DNA of 64,000 nt from positions 88,903 through 152,902 of the forward strand of contig CAZKHX010000002.1 of assembly GCA_964552755.1 (NCBI GenBank), given 5' to 3'. Source of the stretch: Candidatus Micrarchaeota archaeon (GTDB lineage: Archaea; Micrarchaeota; Micrarchaeia; Anstonellales; Bilamarchaeaceae). Positions 7,283-16,748 of this stretch are shown here, in pieces. A model generated the notes under the pieces. That model worked only from the letters and a program-made list of their open reading frames with translations. It was not told the DNA's origin and did not search any database. The translations under genes were made by a program, and so were the position numbers. Positions within the stretch are counted from its first letter, which is position 1. Every line of letters begins with the position of its first letter.

Positions 7283-8455
7283 ATGGTTTCCCCCCAGAAG
7301 GTCTCTTCCCTCTCGGGAAGCGCCTTCTTCGACATGGAGAACTGCGATGCGGCCACCCACATCCCGCTGGGCAGCTCCAGCGTGCCCATATACAAGGCCA
7401 CCACCCCGAGGGGCAACTGCAACCTCTTCAAGACGCTCCTCACGAACCACTGCAAGATGGACTGCAGGTACTGCATGAACTCAAAGTGCAGCAGCCGCAG
7501 GCAGCCCGCGTCCTACAAGCCCGCGGAGCTTGCGCAGGTATTTCACTTATTCTGGAGGAAGGGGCTCGTTCAGGGCCTGTTCCTCAGCTCCTCAATAGAG
7601 GACCCGGTGAAAAACATGGAGGAGATGCTCGAGGCAGTGGCCATATTGCGCCACCGCTACTTCTTTGGGGGCTACGTGCACCTCAAGATACTGCCCGGGG
7701 CTGAGAGGGACCAGGTTGAAAGGGCCGCCCGGCTTGCCGACCGCCTCTCGATAAACCTCGAGAGCATCTCCCCATCTCACCTTTCCGAGCTTTCATCCAC
7801 AAAGGACTTCAAGAATGACATACTCAAGAGGCAGGGCTGGATCAGGGAAATCCTCAAGAGGAAGGGTCGGACCAGCAATGCGGGATTGCCCCCTGAAAAC
7901 GGGGCCAAAGGCGCTGCGCGCCACCCCCGCACTGCTGCTAGCCATACCACCCAATTGATCGTGGGCGCCCTGGGCGAAACCGACCGTGAAGTCTTCCGCA
8001 CAGCAATACTGGAATACAGGCACATGGAGATCAGGCGCATGTACTATTCACCGTTTTCACCCCTGGAAGGCACCCCGCTTGAGCGCGGAAACCCCGCGCC
8101 CAGGTGGCGGGGCCACCGATTGTACCAGCTGGACTGGCTATACCGCGAATACAGGTTCTCCGAGCGCGAGGTGTTCTCCGCAATGGAGGAGGACTTCCTC
8201 CCCAATGCAGACCCCAAGGTAACAATCGCGCGCGCCTTCTTCGGGGAGAAGCGCCAGGAGCTGAACGGCCTCTCCTATGATGACCTCATCCGCATCCCGG
8301 GCATAGGGCCCAGGACCGCCCAGAAGCTTTCAGAAGCGAAGGAGCCGCTAAGGACCTGCACCCAATTGAAGAAGCACGGCGTTAACCTCCGCCGCGCCCT
8401 CCCCTTCATAAAAGTGAACGGCCACGCGCAGACGACGCTCGCCGGCTTCAACTAG
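7283..8455 (+). CDS. Putative DNA modification/repair radical SAM protein (TIGR03916-like) with C-terminal helix-hairpin-helix
   Basis: CX3CX2C cluster motif (NHCKMDCRYCMN), HRLYQLDWLYREYRF and an HhH motif LIRIPGIGPRTAQKL. The roughly 390-aa length matches that family. Confidence 0.7.
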   Translation: MVSPQKVSSLSGSAFFDMENCDAATHIPLGSSSVPIYKATTPRGNCNLFKTLLTNHCKMDCRYCMNSKCSSRRQPASYKPAELAQVFHLFWRKGLVQGLFLSSSIEDPVKNMEEMLEAVAILRHRYFFGGYVHLKILPGAERDQVERAARLADRLSINLESISPSHLSELSSTKDFKNDILKRQGWIREILKRKGRTSNAGLPPENGAKGAARHPRTAASHTTQLIVGALGETDREVFRTAILEYRHMEIRRMYYSPFSPLEGTPLERGNPAPRWRGHRLYQLDWLYREYRFSEREVFSAMEEDFLPNADPKVTIARAFFGEKRQELNGLSYDDLIRIPGIGPRTAQKLSEAKEPLRTCTQLKKHGVNLRRALPFIKVNGHAQTTLAGFN

Positions 8456-9582
8456 TCCCTGAGCGTAATCCCGTACCATACGACCAGCCCTGCAATTATG
8501 AACGCGCCGGCCCTCCCAAGGAAAACATACGCATAATCTATTTCCGCAATCATGCCCGCAAGGGAAACCGAAACCAGCACCCCAAGGGAGTGCGCGTACC
8601 CGAACACAGAAATGTCCCTGCCTACGTTTTCCTCCTTTGGTATTACCGATGCGAGCTTTGTCCCGGCAAGGTTCATGAGCGGAAAGGTGAAGTTCTCCAG
8701 CGCAATGAATGCGAAGAACAGCCAGAAGTCCCCCAGAAACGCCGCCGCCCCGAGCCAGCACGCCCCGTTTATCAGCCCTCCGTACAGGTAGCTCTGCCTC
8801 ATTCCGAGCCGGTCAACAAACTTGCCGGTGAAATAAGATGCAATCCCCCACAGGCTGAACGTCGCGGCAATGAAAAGCCCTATCTGCGCAGGGGAGAACA
8901 GGTACCTCTCCGCAAGGAAGATGTAAAGCACATATGAATATACCGCGCTGGTCCCTATCCCGTTCATGAATGACGCAAGCGCGTGTACCTTCCCGTTCCT
9001 GCTCTTAAGCACCTCAAGCGAAAAGTGGTGTGTTTCCCTCCGCCTCCCCACCTCATTGAACAGCAGGGTAACGGCTACCCCCAGCAGCGCAACCACGATT
9101 ACCGCAATGAACAGGAACGTGAACCCGAACCGCTCAATAACCTCGCCCGCAAGCAGCTGCACCAGCGCAAAGGAAAGCGCGAAAACCCCCAGGTACTTCC
9201 CAAAATAGAGCGCCCTCTCGTTCTTCTTCGATATGTCGCTCATGCGTGAAAGCAGCGCGTTCCACAGCCCCGCACTCGCAAAATTCCCAAGAGACTTCCC
9301 GGCAATGAATGCATATGCCCCGCCCACCCCGGCTATTATCGCTGTCGCAGCCACGGTAAGCAGGTTGTATAAGGCAATCAGCGGCTTTCTCCCGAATTTG
9401 TCGCTCAGCGCCCCCAGCCCTATCCCCAGCAGCCCGGAGATGAGCACCGCCGCGCCGAAAATCCATCCTATGGATGCGATTGAATATCCCTGTGCATCAA
9501 GGAAAAGCGGCAAAGCCAGCGAGAGCGCCCCCATCATTGAGCCGTATATGGCTGCAAGTAAGAGAGTCTTTTTCATCTCCAT
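8452..9582 (-). CDS. MFS transporter
   Basis: About 12 TM helices and MFS motif A GLGALSDKFGRKPL. Start set at ATG 9582 (MEMKKTLLL) rather than the track start 9651. Confidence 0.8.
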   Translation of the reverse strand: MEMKKTLLLAAIYGSMMGALSLALPLFLDAQGYSIASIGWIFGAAVLISGLLGIGLGALSDKFGRKPLIALYNLLTVAATAIIAGVGGAYAFIAGKSLGNFASAGLWNALLSRMSDISKKNERALYFGKYLGVFALSFALVQLLAGEVIERFGFTFLFIAVIVVALLGVAVTLLFNEVGRRRETHHFSLEVLKSRNGKVHALASFMNGIGTSAVYSYVLYIFLAERYLFSPAQIGLFIAATFSLWGIASYFTGKFVDRLGMRQSYLYGGLINGACWLGAAAFLGDFWLFFAFIALENFTFPLMNLAGTKLASVIPKEENVGRDISVFGYAHSLGVLVSVSLAGMIAEIDYAYVFLGRAGAFIIAGLVVWYGITLRD

Positions 9583-9635
9583 TGCAAAATCCTTGCCTTG
9601 AAAGGTTTTTAATGCTGAAATGCCATCCTGCACCC

Positions 9636-10931
9636 ATGAAAAGGAAGGCAATAATCCTCGGGGCGGCGGGCCGGGACTTCCATAACTTCAACACCTTCTT
9701 CCGGGGCAACGAGCAATACGAAGTGGTATGCTTCACCGCGGCCCAGATCCCCGGCATAGCGGAAAGAACTTACCCTGCATCGCTCGCAGGCGCCCAGTAC
9801 CCCGCGGGAATCCCAATCCACCCGGAAGAAGACCTCGAAAAGATAATAGAGGAAAACAAGATTGATGCCGCGGCCTTCTCCTATTCCGATGTTTCCTATG
9901 CCCACCTGATGCACACCGCCTCAAGGGCAATGGCCGCCGGCGCATCCTTCCTTCTCCTCGGCCCCAACGACACAATGATAAAGAGCAGCAAGAAAGTGCT
10001 CGCAGTGTGCGCCACGCGCACGGGCGCAGGCAAGAGCCCGCTCTCCAAGCTCCTCACGAAAACCTTCGGCAAGAAGCTCGCGGTAATCCGCCACCCCATG
10101 CCCTACGGCGATTTGGAAAAGCAGGCAGTGCAGAAATTCGAAAAGCTGGAAGACCTTGATAAGCATGAATGCACAATAGAAGAAAGAGAGGAATACGAAG
10201 GCCACATAAAGAACGGCGCAGCCCTCTTCGCGGGCGTAGATTATCAGAAAATACTCACGGGGGCGGAAAAGGAAGCGGACTTCATCCTCTGGGACGGGGG
10301 CAACAACGACTTTCCATTCTATCGGCCGGACCTCATGATTACGGTTGCCGATGCCCTGCGCGCAGGCCATGGAATGGAATACTATCCGGGAGAAGTGAAC
10401 TTTCGCATGGCAGATATAATACTAATAAGCAAGCACTCTCAGAACCCCGAAGGCGCAAAAGAAATTGAGGAAAATGCAAAGCAGGCAAACCCCAAGGCAA
10501 AAGTGTTCAAGGCCGACCTCGAGCTGGCAATCGACGCAGACATCGGGGGGAAGAAGGTAATAGTGGTGGAAGACGGCCCAACAGTAACCCACGGCGGCAT
10601 GGACTACGGAGCCGGCTACCTGGTTGCGGAGCGCGAAGGCGCGGAAATCATCGACCCGAAGCCCCATGCAAAAGGCAGCATCCTGCAAACCTACGCTAAA
10701 TATCCGCACATGAAAAACATCCTCCCCGCAATGGGCTACGGCGAAAAGCAGATGAAGGAGCTGGAAGAGACAATCAATTCCTCCGAAGCGGAAATGGTGG
10801 TCACCGGAACGCCCATAGACCTCTCCCTCTCAATAAGCACGGAAAAGCCCATTGCCCACGTGAAATACGCGTACAAAGAAAGCGAGGTCGCTCCCCTGCT
10901 GGAAGAGGTCCGCAGCAGGTTAGGCATATAA
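9636..10931 (+). CDS. COG2403-type P-loop protein (predicted GTPase / cyclic 2,3-diphosphoglycerate synthetase-like)
   Basis: MKRKAIILGAAGRDFHNFN N-terminus and P-loop-like CATRTGAGKSPLS, about 430 aa. Start moved to ATG 9636 to clear the divergent MFS gene. Family call is from memory of similar archaeal proteins. Confidence 0.45.
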   Translation: MKRKAIILGAAGRDFHNFNTFFRGNEQYEVVCFTAAQIPGIAERTYPASLAGAQYPAGIPIHPEEDLEKIIEENKIDAAAFSYSDVSYAHLMHTASRAMAAGASFLLLGPNDTMIKSSKKVLAVCATRTGAGKSPLSKLLTKTFGKKLAVIRHPMPYGDLEKQAVQKFEKLEDLDKHECTIEEREEYEGHIKNGAALFAGVDYQKILTGAEKEADFILWDGGNNDFPFYRPDLMITVADALRAGHGMEYYPGEVNFRMADIILISKHSQNPEGAKEIEENAKQANPKAKVFKADLELAIDADIGGKKVIVVEDGPTVTHGGMDYGAGYLVAEREGAEIIDPKPHAKGSILQTYAKYPHMKNILPAMGYGEKQMKELEETINSSEAEMVVTGTPIDLSLSISTEKPIAHVKYAYKESEVAPLLEEVRSRLGI

Positions 10932-10954
10932 GCGTTTCCTGCAATCCATAGCCA

Positions 10955-11641
10955 ATGGAAGACTGGCTCGTCCCCATTGCCGCAGGTTTCCTGCTTTCCC
11001 TCATCCACATCATAGGGCCGAGGTTCGAGAAATTCGCCAGCGGCAGGCATGTGCAGATCACAAGCCTGAGCGCGGGGCTGTTCCTCTCCTACATTTTCCT
11101 GGAATCCCTTGAAACGATGTTCCAGGCGCACGTTGCGCTCGGCAAAACCGTGCTCCTTGCCCTCTTCCTCGGCTTCATTTCCTACCATGCCCTGAGCAAA
11201 TACCTCTACCAGCACGTGAAGGACAAGAGCAAGAGGGAAAAGGAGCTTGACGAACTGCAGTTCGCGGGCACGGTGCTGGATTCGGTATTCGCAGGGTTTG
11301 CCCTCGCAATACTCCTTGACATAAGCCGCCCCCTCTACTTCGCATTAATCCCCTTCGCCCTCCACACGTTCTCCGCAACCCTTGCCTATGAGGCGCACCA
11401 CAGGCGCTTTAGCACCCCCGCGCCCATCAGGCTCCTCTCCCATTTCGCGCCGCTCCTCGGGGCAATAATCGCGCAGCTCCTCCTTTTCGAAACTGGTGCA
11501 TTCTACCTGCTATTGGCATTCGTGACCGGCGCGGTGCTCTACATCGCAATCAGGCACATGCTCCCGAGGGGGAGCCGCGGGGACCTCGGGTATTTCCTTG
11601 CAGGCGCCGCAATCGGGATAATCCTTCTCTTCAGTACCTGA
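10955..11641 (+). CDS. Integral membrane protein (possibly degenerate ZIP-like metal transporter)
   Basis: 228 aa, 6-7 hydrophobic helices and a central basic loop (HVKDKSKREKELDE). Weak ZIP-like patterns only. Confidence 0.35.
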   Translation: MEDWLVPIAAGFLLSLIHIIGPRFEKFASGRHVQITSLSAGLFLSYIFLESLETMFQAHVALGKTVLLALFLGFISYHALSKYLYQHVKDKSKREKELDELQFAGTVLDSVFAGFALAILLDISRPLYFALIPFALHTFSATLAYEAHHRRFSTPAPIRLLSHFAPLLGAIIAQLLLFETGAFYLLLAFVTGAVLYIAIRHMLPRGSRGDLGYFLAGAAIGIILLFST

Positions 11642-12854
11642 GCGACTCGACCGCAGGGATGACCGAAGCGTTCCTCGCAGGTATCAGCCCCGCAACAGCC
11701 CCCACGCCCGCAGCAAAAAGAAGCGCGAATACAATTGCCCCCGGGGTAATTATATAAGGCACGCCAAAATTCCCCGCGAGCACCATCGCCCCTATCCCCA
11801 GGAGGAGCCCCAGGATGCCCCCTGCAAGCCCGATTATTGCGCTCTCCACAATGAACAGAAGCAGTATCTCCCTCTCTCTCGCCCCTATTGATTTCATCAC
11901 CCCTATCTCCCTTGTCCTCTCAAGCACGTTCATGAACATGGTATTGGAGATCCCGATGCCCCCGACGATGGCAGAAACCAGTGAAATCGCGAACAGGAAG
12001 GCGGTGAGAAGGCCGATTACCTGCCCCACCATGTCGTTAAGCATTGTGGGCGTAATCACGCTGAAGTCAGCATCCTCCACGGTGGTGCGGTGTGCGTCCG
12101 CAAGCTTTTGCTCTATGTCCTCCCCGGCCGCATCCACGTCAAACCCTTCCCGTATCGTCACCATGAAGCCGAAGACCTCGCCCTCCGCAAGCTGCTCGGA
12201 GAAAACTTCCACCCCCTGCTCGTAAGGTATGTAAATTGCCGAATCGTCCTGCGCGGAAAGCGAAGTGCCGATTTTCTTAAGCACCCCCACCACGCGGTAG
12301 GTCTCGTTCTTTACCTTCAGCTTGCTGTTCACCTTGAGCGGGTCGTCAAACAGCTCGTTTGCCGCGTCATTCGCAAGCACGACCACCTTCTTTTCCCCGG
12401 CCTGGAAATACCGGCCGCTCTCAATCTCCAAATAATCGGAATACACTTCAAAAATCCCTTCGTCCACCCCGTAAACAAACCCCCCTATTTCCTCGTCCCT
12501 GAATCCCAGGCTCGCCTGCCCGTAGTTCATCCTCACCACTTTGTCCACCGCGGGCACCCGCTTGATGTACTCAATATCCGATTCGTAGAGCTTGCCGGTG
12601 GTTTTACCCGTCCCGAATGAGGCTGCGGAGGAGGTAAACCCCTCGTCCATCGCAACCGGGTAAACCACTATCATGTCCGAGCCGAATGCCTCCATCTGGC
12701 TTTCTATATCCACTTTCACCCCGTCGCCTATGCCCATGAGCGTGACTATCGTTGCAATCCCGATGATGACGCCTATGATGGTAAGCCATGAGCGGAGCCC
12801 GCGCATCCGGATGTTCTGCAGGCTGTAAGCCACCATGTCGGAGAACTTCATCAT
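11631..12854 (-). CDS. ABC transporter permease, MacB/FtsX-like
   Basis: N-terminal TM, large extracytoplasmic domain and C-terminal FtsX-type 3-TM bundle (NTMFMNVLERTREIGVMKSIGA). 4-nt overlap with the upstream paralog. Confidence 0.85.
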   Translation of the reverse strand: MMKFSDMVAYSLQNIRMRGLRSWLTIIGVIIGIATIVTLMGIGDGVKVDIESQMEAFGSDMIVVYPVAMDEGFTSSAASFGTGKTTGKLYESDIEYIKRVPAVDKVVRMNYGQASLGFRDEEIGGFVYGVDEGIFEVYSDYLEIESGRYFQAGEKKVVVLANDAANELFDDPLKVNSKLKVKNETYRVVGVLKKIGTSLSAQDDSAIYIPYEQGVEVFSEQLAEGEVFGFMVTIREGFDVDAAGEDIEQKLADAHRTTVEDADFSVITPTMLNDMVGQVIGLLTAFLFAISLVSAIVGGIGISNTMFMNVLERTREIGVMKSIGAREREILLLFIVESAIIGLAGGILGLLLGIGAMVLAGNFGVPYIITPGAIVFALLFAAGVGAVAGLIPARNASVIPAVESLRY

Positions 12855-14056
12855 TCATACCTCAGCGCATTCATCGCGGGCACCTTTGCCCCCTGCCTCG
12901 CCGGGAAGGTCCCGGCTACCAGCCCAACGCCCATCGCAACAATGAACGACACTGCGACCATGAGCAGGGAAACCTGGGTATGCAGCCCCACGAGCGGGAG
13001 GAGCGAAAGCACGCCGATGCCGACCAGCACGCCGCTCACCCCGCCTGCCAGCCCTATCATCGCCGCCTCCACCATGAACAGCTGCTCTATCTGCCTGCTG
13101 TTGGCGCCTATCGCCTTCAGCACGCCTATCTCCTTTGTCCTTTCCATCACGCTCATGAACATGGTATTGGAGATCCCTATTCCTCCGACAACCAGCGCAA
13201 TCCCGGAAACCGCCCCCAGGAAAAGCGTAAGCATCCCGATTATGGAGTCAATCTGCTCCGTGATATACTGCGCAGTGACGACCCCGAAGTCCTTGTCGTC
13301 CAGCGGCACCTTGTGCGCGGCCGCGAGGACCCATTCAATATCCTCGGCGACCTCCTCCACATCGTATTCGTCCGCGGATTTCACCCTTATGGAGTTAAGC
13401 TCGCGCGGGGCGAGCTGGCTGCCGGCGAGGTCCCTGCCATCCTGGTAGCTCACGAATATGAAATCGTCCACTGGCGCGAATGACGCCCCGCTCTCCGCAA
13501 GTATGCCGACTATGCGGTATTTCTCCCCCCTAAACTCCAGCACGCTGTTTACGCGCACTTCCTCGTCGAATGAATCCATGGCGATGCTGTGCCCGATGAC
13601 TGCCACGTGCCTGTCCCCGTTTTCCAGCCAGCGCCCCTCTTCCACCTCAAGGCTTCCTATGGTATATTGAAAAGTGTCCGGGTCTATCCCGTATACGGAA
13701 CTGGTTATCGAGTCCTTTCGGTACTTAATGTCAACGAGCCCGCGGACCATCCTGGACACGTATTCCACGCCGTCCACGGATGCGACCTTGTCCGCGTCCT
13801 TCTCGAAAAGCTTCCCCGCAGTCGACAGGAAAGCGGTGCTCGCGCCCCCGCTGGTGCCCATCGGGGTGATGATTATGGTCTGGGCGCCGAACAGGTCAAG
13901 CTCGCCTATTATGCTTGCCCTGAGCCCATCCGCCAGCCCCACCAGCACTATCACCGCGGCTATGCCGGCCACTATGCCCAGCACTGTAAGCCACGTGCGC
14001 AGCCTCCTGTGCGTCAGGTTCCTCCAGGAATACCTGAGCATGTCCTGCGTCTTCAT
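12851..14056 (-). CDS. ABC transporter permease, MacB/FtsX-like (paralog)
   Basis: Same architecture as the neighbouring permease; motif NTMFMSVMERTKEIGVLKAIGA. Confidence 0.85.
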   Translation of the reverse strand: MKTQDMLRYSWRNLTHRRLRTWLTVLGIVAGIAAVIVLVGLADGLRASIIGELDLFGAQTIIITPMGTSGGASTAFLSTAGKLFEKDADKVASVDGVEYVSRMVRGLVDIKYRKDSITSSVYGIDPDTFQYTIGSLEVEEGRWLENGDRHVAVIGHSIAMDSFDEEVRVNSVLEFRGEKYRIVGILAESGASFAPVDDFIFVSYQDGRDLAGSQLAPRELNSIRVKSADEYDVEEVAEDIEWVLAAAHKVPLDDKDFGVVTAQYITEQIDSIIGMLTLFLGAVSGIALVVGGIGISNTMFMSVMERTKEIGVLKAIGANSRQIEQLFMVEAAMIGLAGGVSGVLVGIGVLSLLPLVGLHTQVSLLMVAVSFIVAMGVGLVAGTFPARQGAKVPAMNALRYE

Positions 14057-15537
14057 TTCTTTTTCCTCATCCTGAAGTACCAGTACAGCACTGCCACCAC
14101 TATGATGAGGAGGGCGAACATCTCAATGCCGGAACCGCCGTCCGAAGCCATTGGCGCGACCAGCACGGTAAGCTGCTGGCTGTCAGTCACCCACCTTCCG
14201 GACGCGTCCTTGTACTTCACGTTCACGTCTATCGGGTAGGTCCCCGCTTCCGTTGCAGTCACCTTTACCTTGTACTGCACCGAACTGAAATCGTCGGTGT
14301 TCAGCCCGCCGATGTACTGCTCCGGCTGTATGGTGAGCAGCTCCATCGCATCGCTGGAAACGTCAACCGTGACGCCCTCAATGTTGTAGGAGCCCAGGTT
14401 GGAAACAGTCACCGAAAGCGTGTGCTCCATCCCGGGGTAAAGAGGGGTGGGCTTTGCCTCAAGGTAGACGCCGACCTCCGAGTCCGAAGTGACCTCGATG
14501 GGCACGGTAATCGTCCCGAGGCGGTCCTCGCCGCTCTCAACCCATTCGATAACAACCTCCACGTTGTTCGTGCCGGGCGTGAGGTCCGCGACCACGGGCA
14601 CGAAAACCTGCCTGCTATCGCCCTGCCCCAGGTCGCCCACGCGCACCTCGTTCATGCCGCGCAGCCTGACCTCGTCCCCTGAAAAATGGAACGTGATGTC
14701 CTCCACGCCCTTCCCCTCGTTGCTGATGGTGAAGGTGATGGTCTCGTACTGGCCGGTAACTATCGGGCTCTCCTGGCTGAAGACAAAGTTCCCCTCAGTC
14801 TTCTTCACGGTGACGGGTATTTCCTTGGTTTCAGTGTATTCGTTCCCGATTTCATCCTGGTAAACCAATGTTATCTCAAGCTTTGATGCGCCTTCGCTCG
14901 CTCCCCTCGCATCTATTGTCGCCTCAGCGCCAACAGAATCCGCCACATCCCCGACAATGAGCTGGTCGACGTTCGTGAACCCGAAGTCGCCGCCCAGGCT
15001 GAGCTTCACCTTCTTTGCCGGCCCTCCGGCATTCGTAATAGTGAACGTTTCCGGAGTTATGTCTTCGATATTGTCCTGGCTCAGGGAGATGCTCAGCACC
15101 GGCTTCTCCACCACCTCCACGGGTATGGTGGCAATCTTCTCCACCGTCTCGGTCTTGGTCTTGAAGTTTCCGCTCGTTTCGCTGTAATACTCTATTTCCG
15201 AAATGCCCCTTGCCTGTATGTTTACGGTATATATCCTGCTGGGTATCCCCTCCCCTGCTTGGAAGGGCACGGAGAGTATCGTGGAAGACCCTGCCTCAAG
15301 GTCCCCCACGGAGAATACCCTGTTTATCCCAAGCTGCGTGGCCGAAGAAACGGTGATGCTCACCGTGTCCACCGCACCCGTAGCCGAGGGGTTGGAAATG
15401 GTCAGCGTAATCACGCCGTAATCCCCGGGCTCGACCGTTTCCGGGGAAACCGAATAATCCGAAATCGAAAGCCCTGCAAATACACACCCAACTGCCAGAA
15501 GCGCCAGAAGCGCATTCAACATCTTCATCCCATTCAT
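14053..15537 (-). CDS. Surface-exposed beta-rich protein (COG1361 'S-layer domain'/CARDB-like) with C-terminal membrane anchor
   Basis: Signal peptide MNGMKMLNALLALLAVGCVFAG, repeated beta-sandwich-like modules, and a C-terminal TM plus basic tail (LLIIVVAVLYWYFRMRKKK). It sits inside the ABC operon with 4-nt overlaps on both sides. Confidence 0.6.
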   Translation of the reverse strand: MNGMKMLNALLALLAVGCVFAGLSISDYSVSPETVEPGDYGVITLTISNPSATGAVDTVSITVSSATQLGINRVFSVGDLEAGSSTILSVPFQAGEGIPSRIYTVNIQARGISEIEYYSETSGNFKTKTETVEKIATIPVEVVEKPVLSISLSQDNIEDITPETFTITNAGGPAKKVKLSLGGDFGFTNVDQLIVGDVADSVGAEATIDARGASEGASKLEITLVYQDEIGNEYTETKEIPVTVKKTEGNFVFSQESPIVTGQYETITFTISNEGKGVEDITFHFSGDEVRLRGMNEVRVGDLGQGDSRQVFVPVVADLTPGTNNVEVVIEWVESGEDRLGTITVPIEVTSDSEVGVYLEAKPTPLYPGMEHTLSVTVSNLGSYNIEGVTVDVSSDAMELLTIQPEQYIGGLNTDDFSSVQYKVKVTATEAGTYPIDVNVKYKDASGRWVTDSQQLTVLVAPMASDGGSGIEMFALLIIVVAVLYWYFRMRKKK

Positions 15538-16238
15538 CTCCTTTTCCTGTGGTTTTCCTCTTTCTTGTAAAGCATCCCGTCCCTTATCCTTATCGTCCTC
15601 TGCGCGCGCCTTGCAATATCCACGTCGTGCGTGACCGCCACGATGGTCTTCCCCGCCTTGTGCAGCTCATCGAATATCCTCTCCACCTCGTCCCCGGTCT
15701 TCGTGTCCAGGTTTCCGGTCGGCTCGTCAGCAAGTATGAGCTCGGGGTCGTTCGCAAGCGCCCTGCCTATCGCAACCCTCTGCCTTTGCCCGCCGCTCAG
15801 CTCGCTGGGCAGGTGGCCAAGCCGGTCACCCATCCCGAGGTCCCTGAGCACCTTCTCGGCCTTTGCCTCCCTTTTCCCCCTGTCCACGCCCGCAATCATC
15901 AGCGGCAGCGCCACGTTCTCAAGCGCGGTGAGCGAAGGCACCAGGTTGAAAACCTGGAAAACGAACCCGATTTTCTTCCCCCTGAGCCCCGCCCTCCTGT
16001 CCTCGCTCATCTCCGAAGCGTCAATGCCGTCTATGAATACCTTCCCCTCGGTGGGCACGTCCAGCAGGCCCATCATGTGCAGCAGCGTGCTCTTCCCGCT
16101 GCCGCTGGGGCCGAGCACGGAAATGTAATCATTCTGGTATACCTGCATGGAGAAGTCCCTGAGCGCGTGCACTTTCGAGCCCCCCATGGCATATGTCTTC
16201 CATACGCCCTCCAGCTTCAGCACTTCCTTCTTTGCCAT
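15534..16238 (-). CDS. ABC transporter ATP-binding protein (MacB/LolD-like)
   Basis: Walker A GPSGSGKSTLL, signature LSGGQRQRVAIGRAL and Walker B ILADEPTGNLD. Confidence 0.92.
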   Translation of the reverse strand: MAKKEVLKLEGVWKTYAMGGSKVHALRDFSMQVYQNDYISVLGPSGSGKSTLLHMMGLLDVPTEGKVFIDGIDASEMSEDRRAGLRGKKIGFVFQVFNLVPSLTALENVALPLMIAGVDRGKREAKAEKVLRDLGMGDRLGHLPSELSGGQRQRVAIGRALANDPELILADEPTGNLDTKTGDEVERIFDELHKAGKTIVAVTHDVDIARRAQRTIRIRDGMLYKKEENHRKRR

Positions 16239-16239
16239 C

Positions 16240-16611
16240 TCATTTCACCATGTACCTGAAAAATTCCCCTTTCACTCCGCTTCCGAACCATGCCCTGGAT
16301 GCCTCCAGGAGCTTCCTGCCCTTCTCGGTGATTTTGTATTCCTTGCTCATCCTCTTGTCGCCTTTTATGCTTTTGCCGGCTACGAGCTCCGCCTCTTCGA
16401 GGTCCCTGAGCCACGGGTAGACCCGCCCGGGGGTGGCGACGTACAGGTGCTCCTCATTCAGCAGCTTGATTATCGCATAACCGTGCATCGGCTTCTTCCT
16501 TAGCATGAACAGCACGAACAGCTTCCCGAGGCCCTTCATCATCATCTTCCCGGGGTCCCTTTGGCCTTCGGGCATCTTGAGCTTCAGCATCATTTCATGC
16601 AGTTTTTCCAT
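16240..16611 (-). CDS. PadR-family transcriptional regulator
   Basis: 123 aa. PMHGYAIIKLL...GRVYPWLRDLEEAELV is the typical PadR wHTH. It is the first gene of the ABC operon. Confidence 0.8.
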   Translation of the reverse strand: MEKLHEMMLKLKMPEGQRDPGKMMMKGLGKLFVLFMLRKKPMHGYAIIKLLNEEHLYVATPGRVYPWLRDLEEAELVAGKSIKGDKRMSKEYKITEKGRKLLEASRAWFGSGVKGEFFRYMVK

Positions 16612-16615
16612 CGTG

Positions 16616-16667
16616 ATATCTATTTTCGGATATATTTAAAAATCTAACTATATCTATTTTTTGATAT
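16616..16667. promoter_or_regulatory. Two copies of the inverted repeat ATATC-N8-GATAT (candidate PadR operators) flanking the padR TATA box
   Basis: Site 1 is ATATC 16616-16620 / GATAT 16629-16633. Site 2 is ATATC 16650-16654 / GATAT 16663-16667. The 22-nt sites are about 19/22 identical. TTTTTAAATATA (minus strand, about 16631-16644) lies between them, about 27 nt upstream of the padR ATG at 16611. Confidence 0.45.
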
Positions 16668-16748
16668 ATACAAAAAAATATTCATTTGCCCAACCTTTAA
16701 TAATCTTTTCCGGGAATTAAGCGCAACCGGCTAGTTAGGTGAAAATAC

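Noticed and set aside
16612-16748. AT-rich repeat-containing region considered as a replication origin
   Set aside because: It is only 137 nt, has no ORB-like G-rich elements and no adjacent orc1/cdc6. The repeats are better explained as PadR operators in a divergent promoter.
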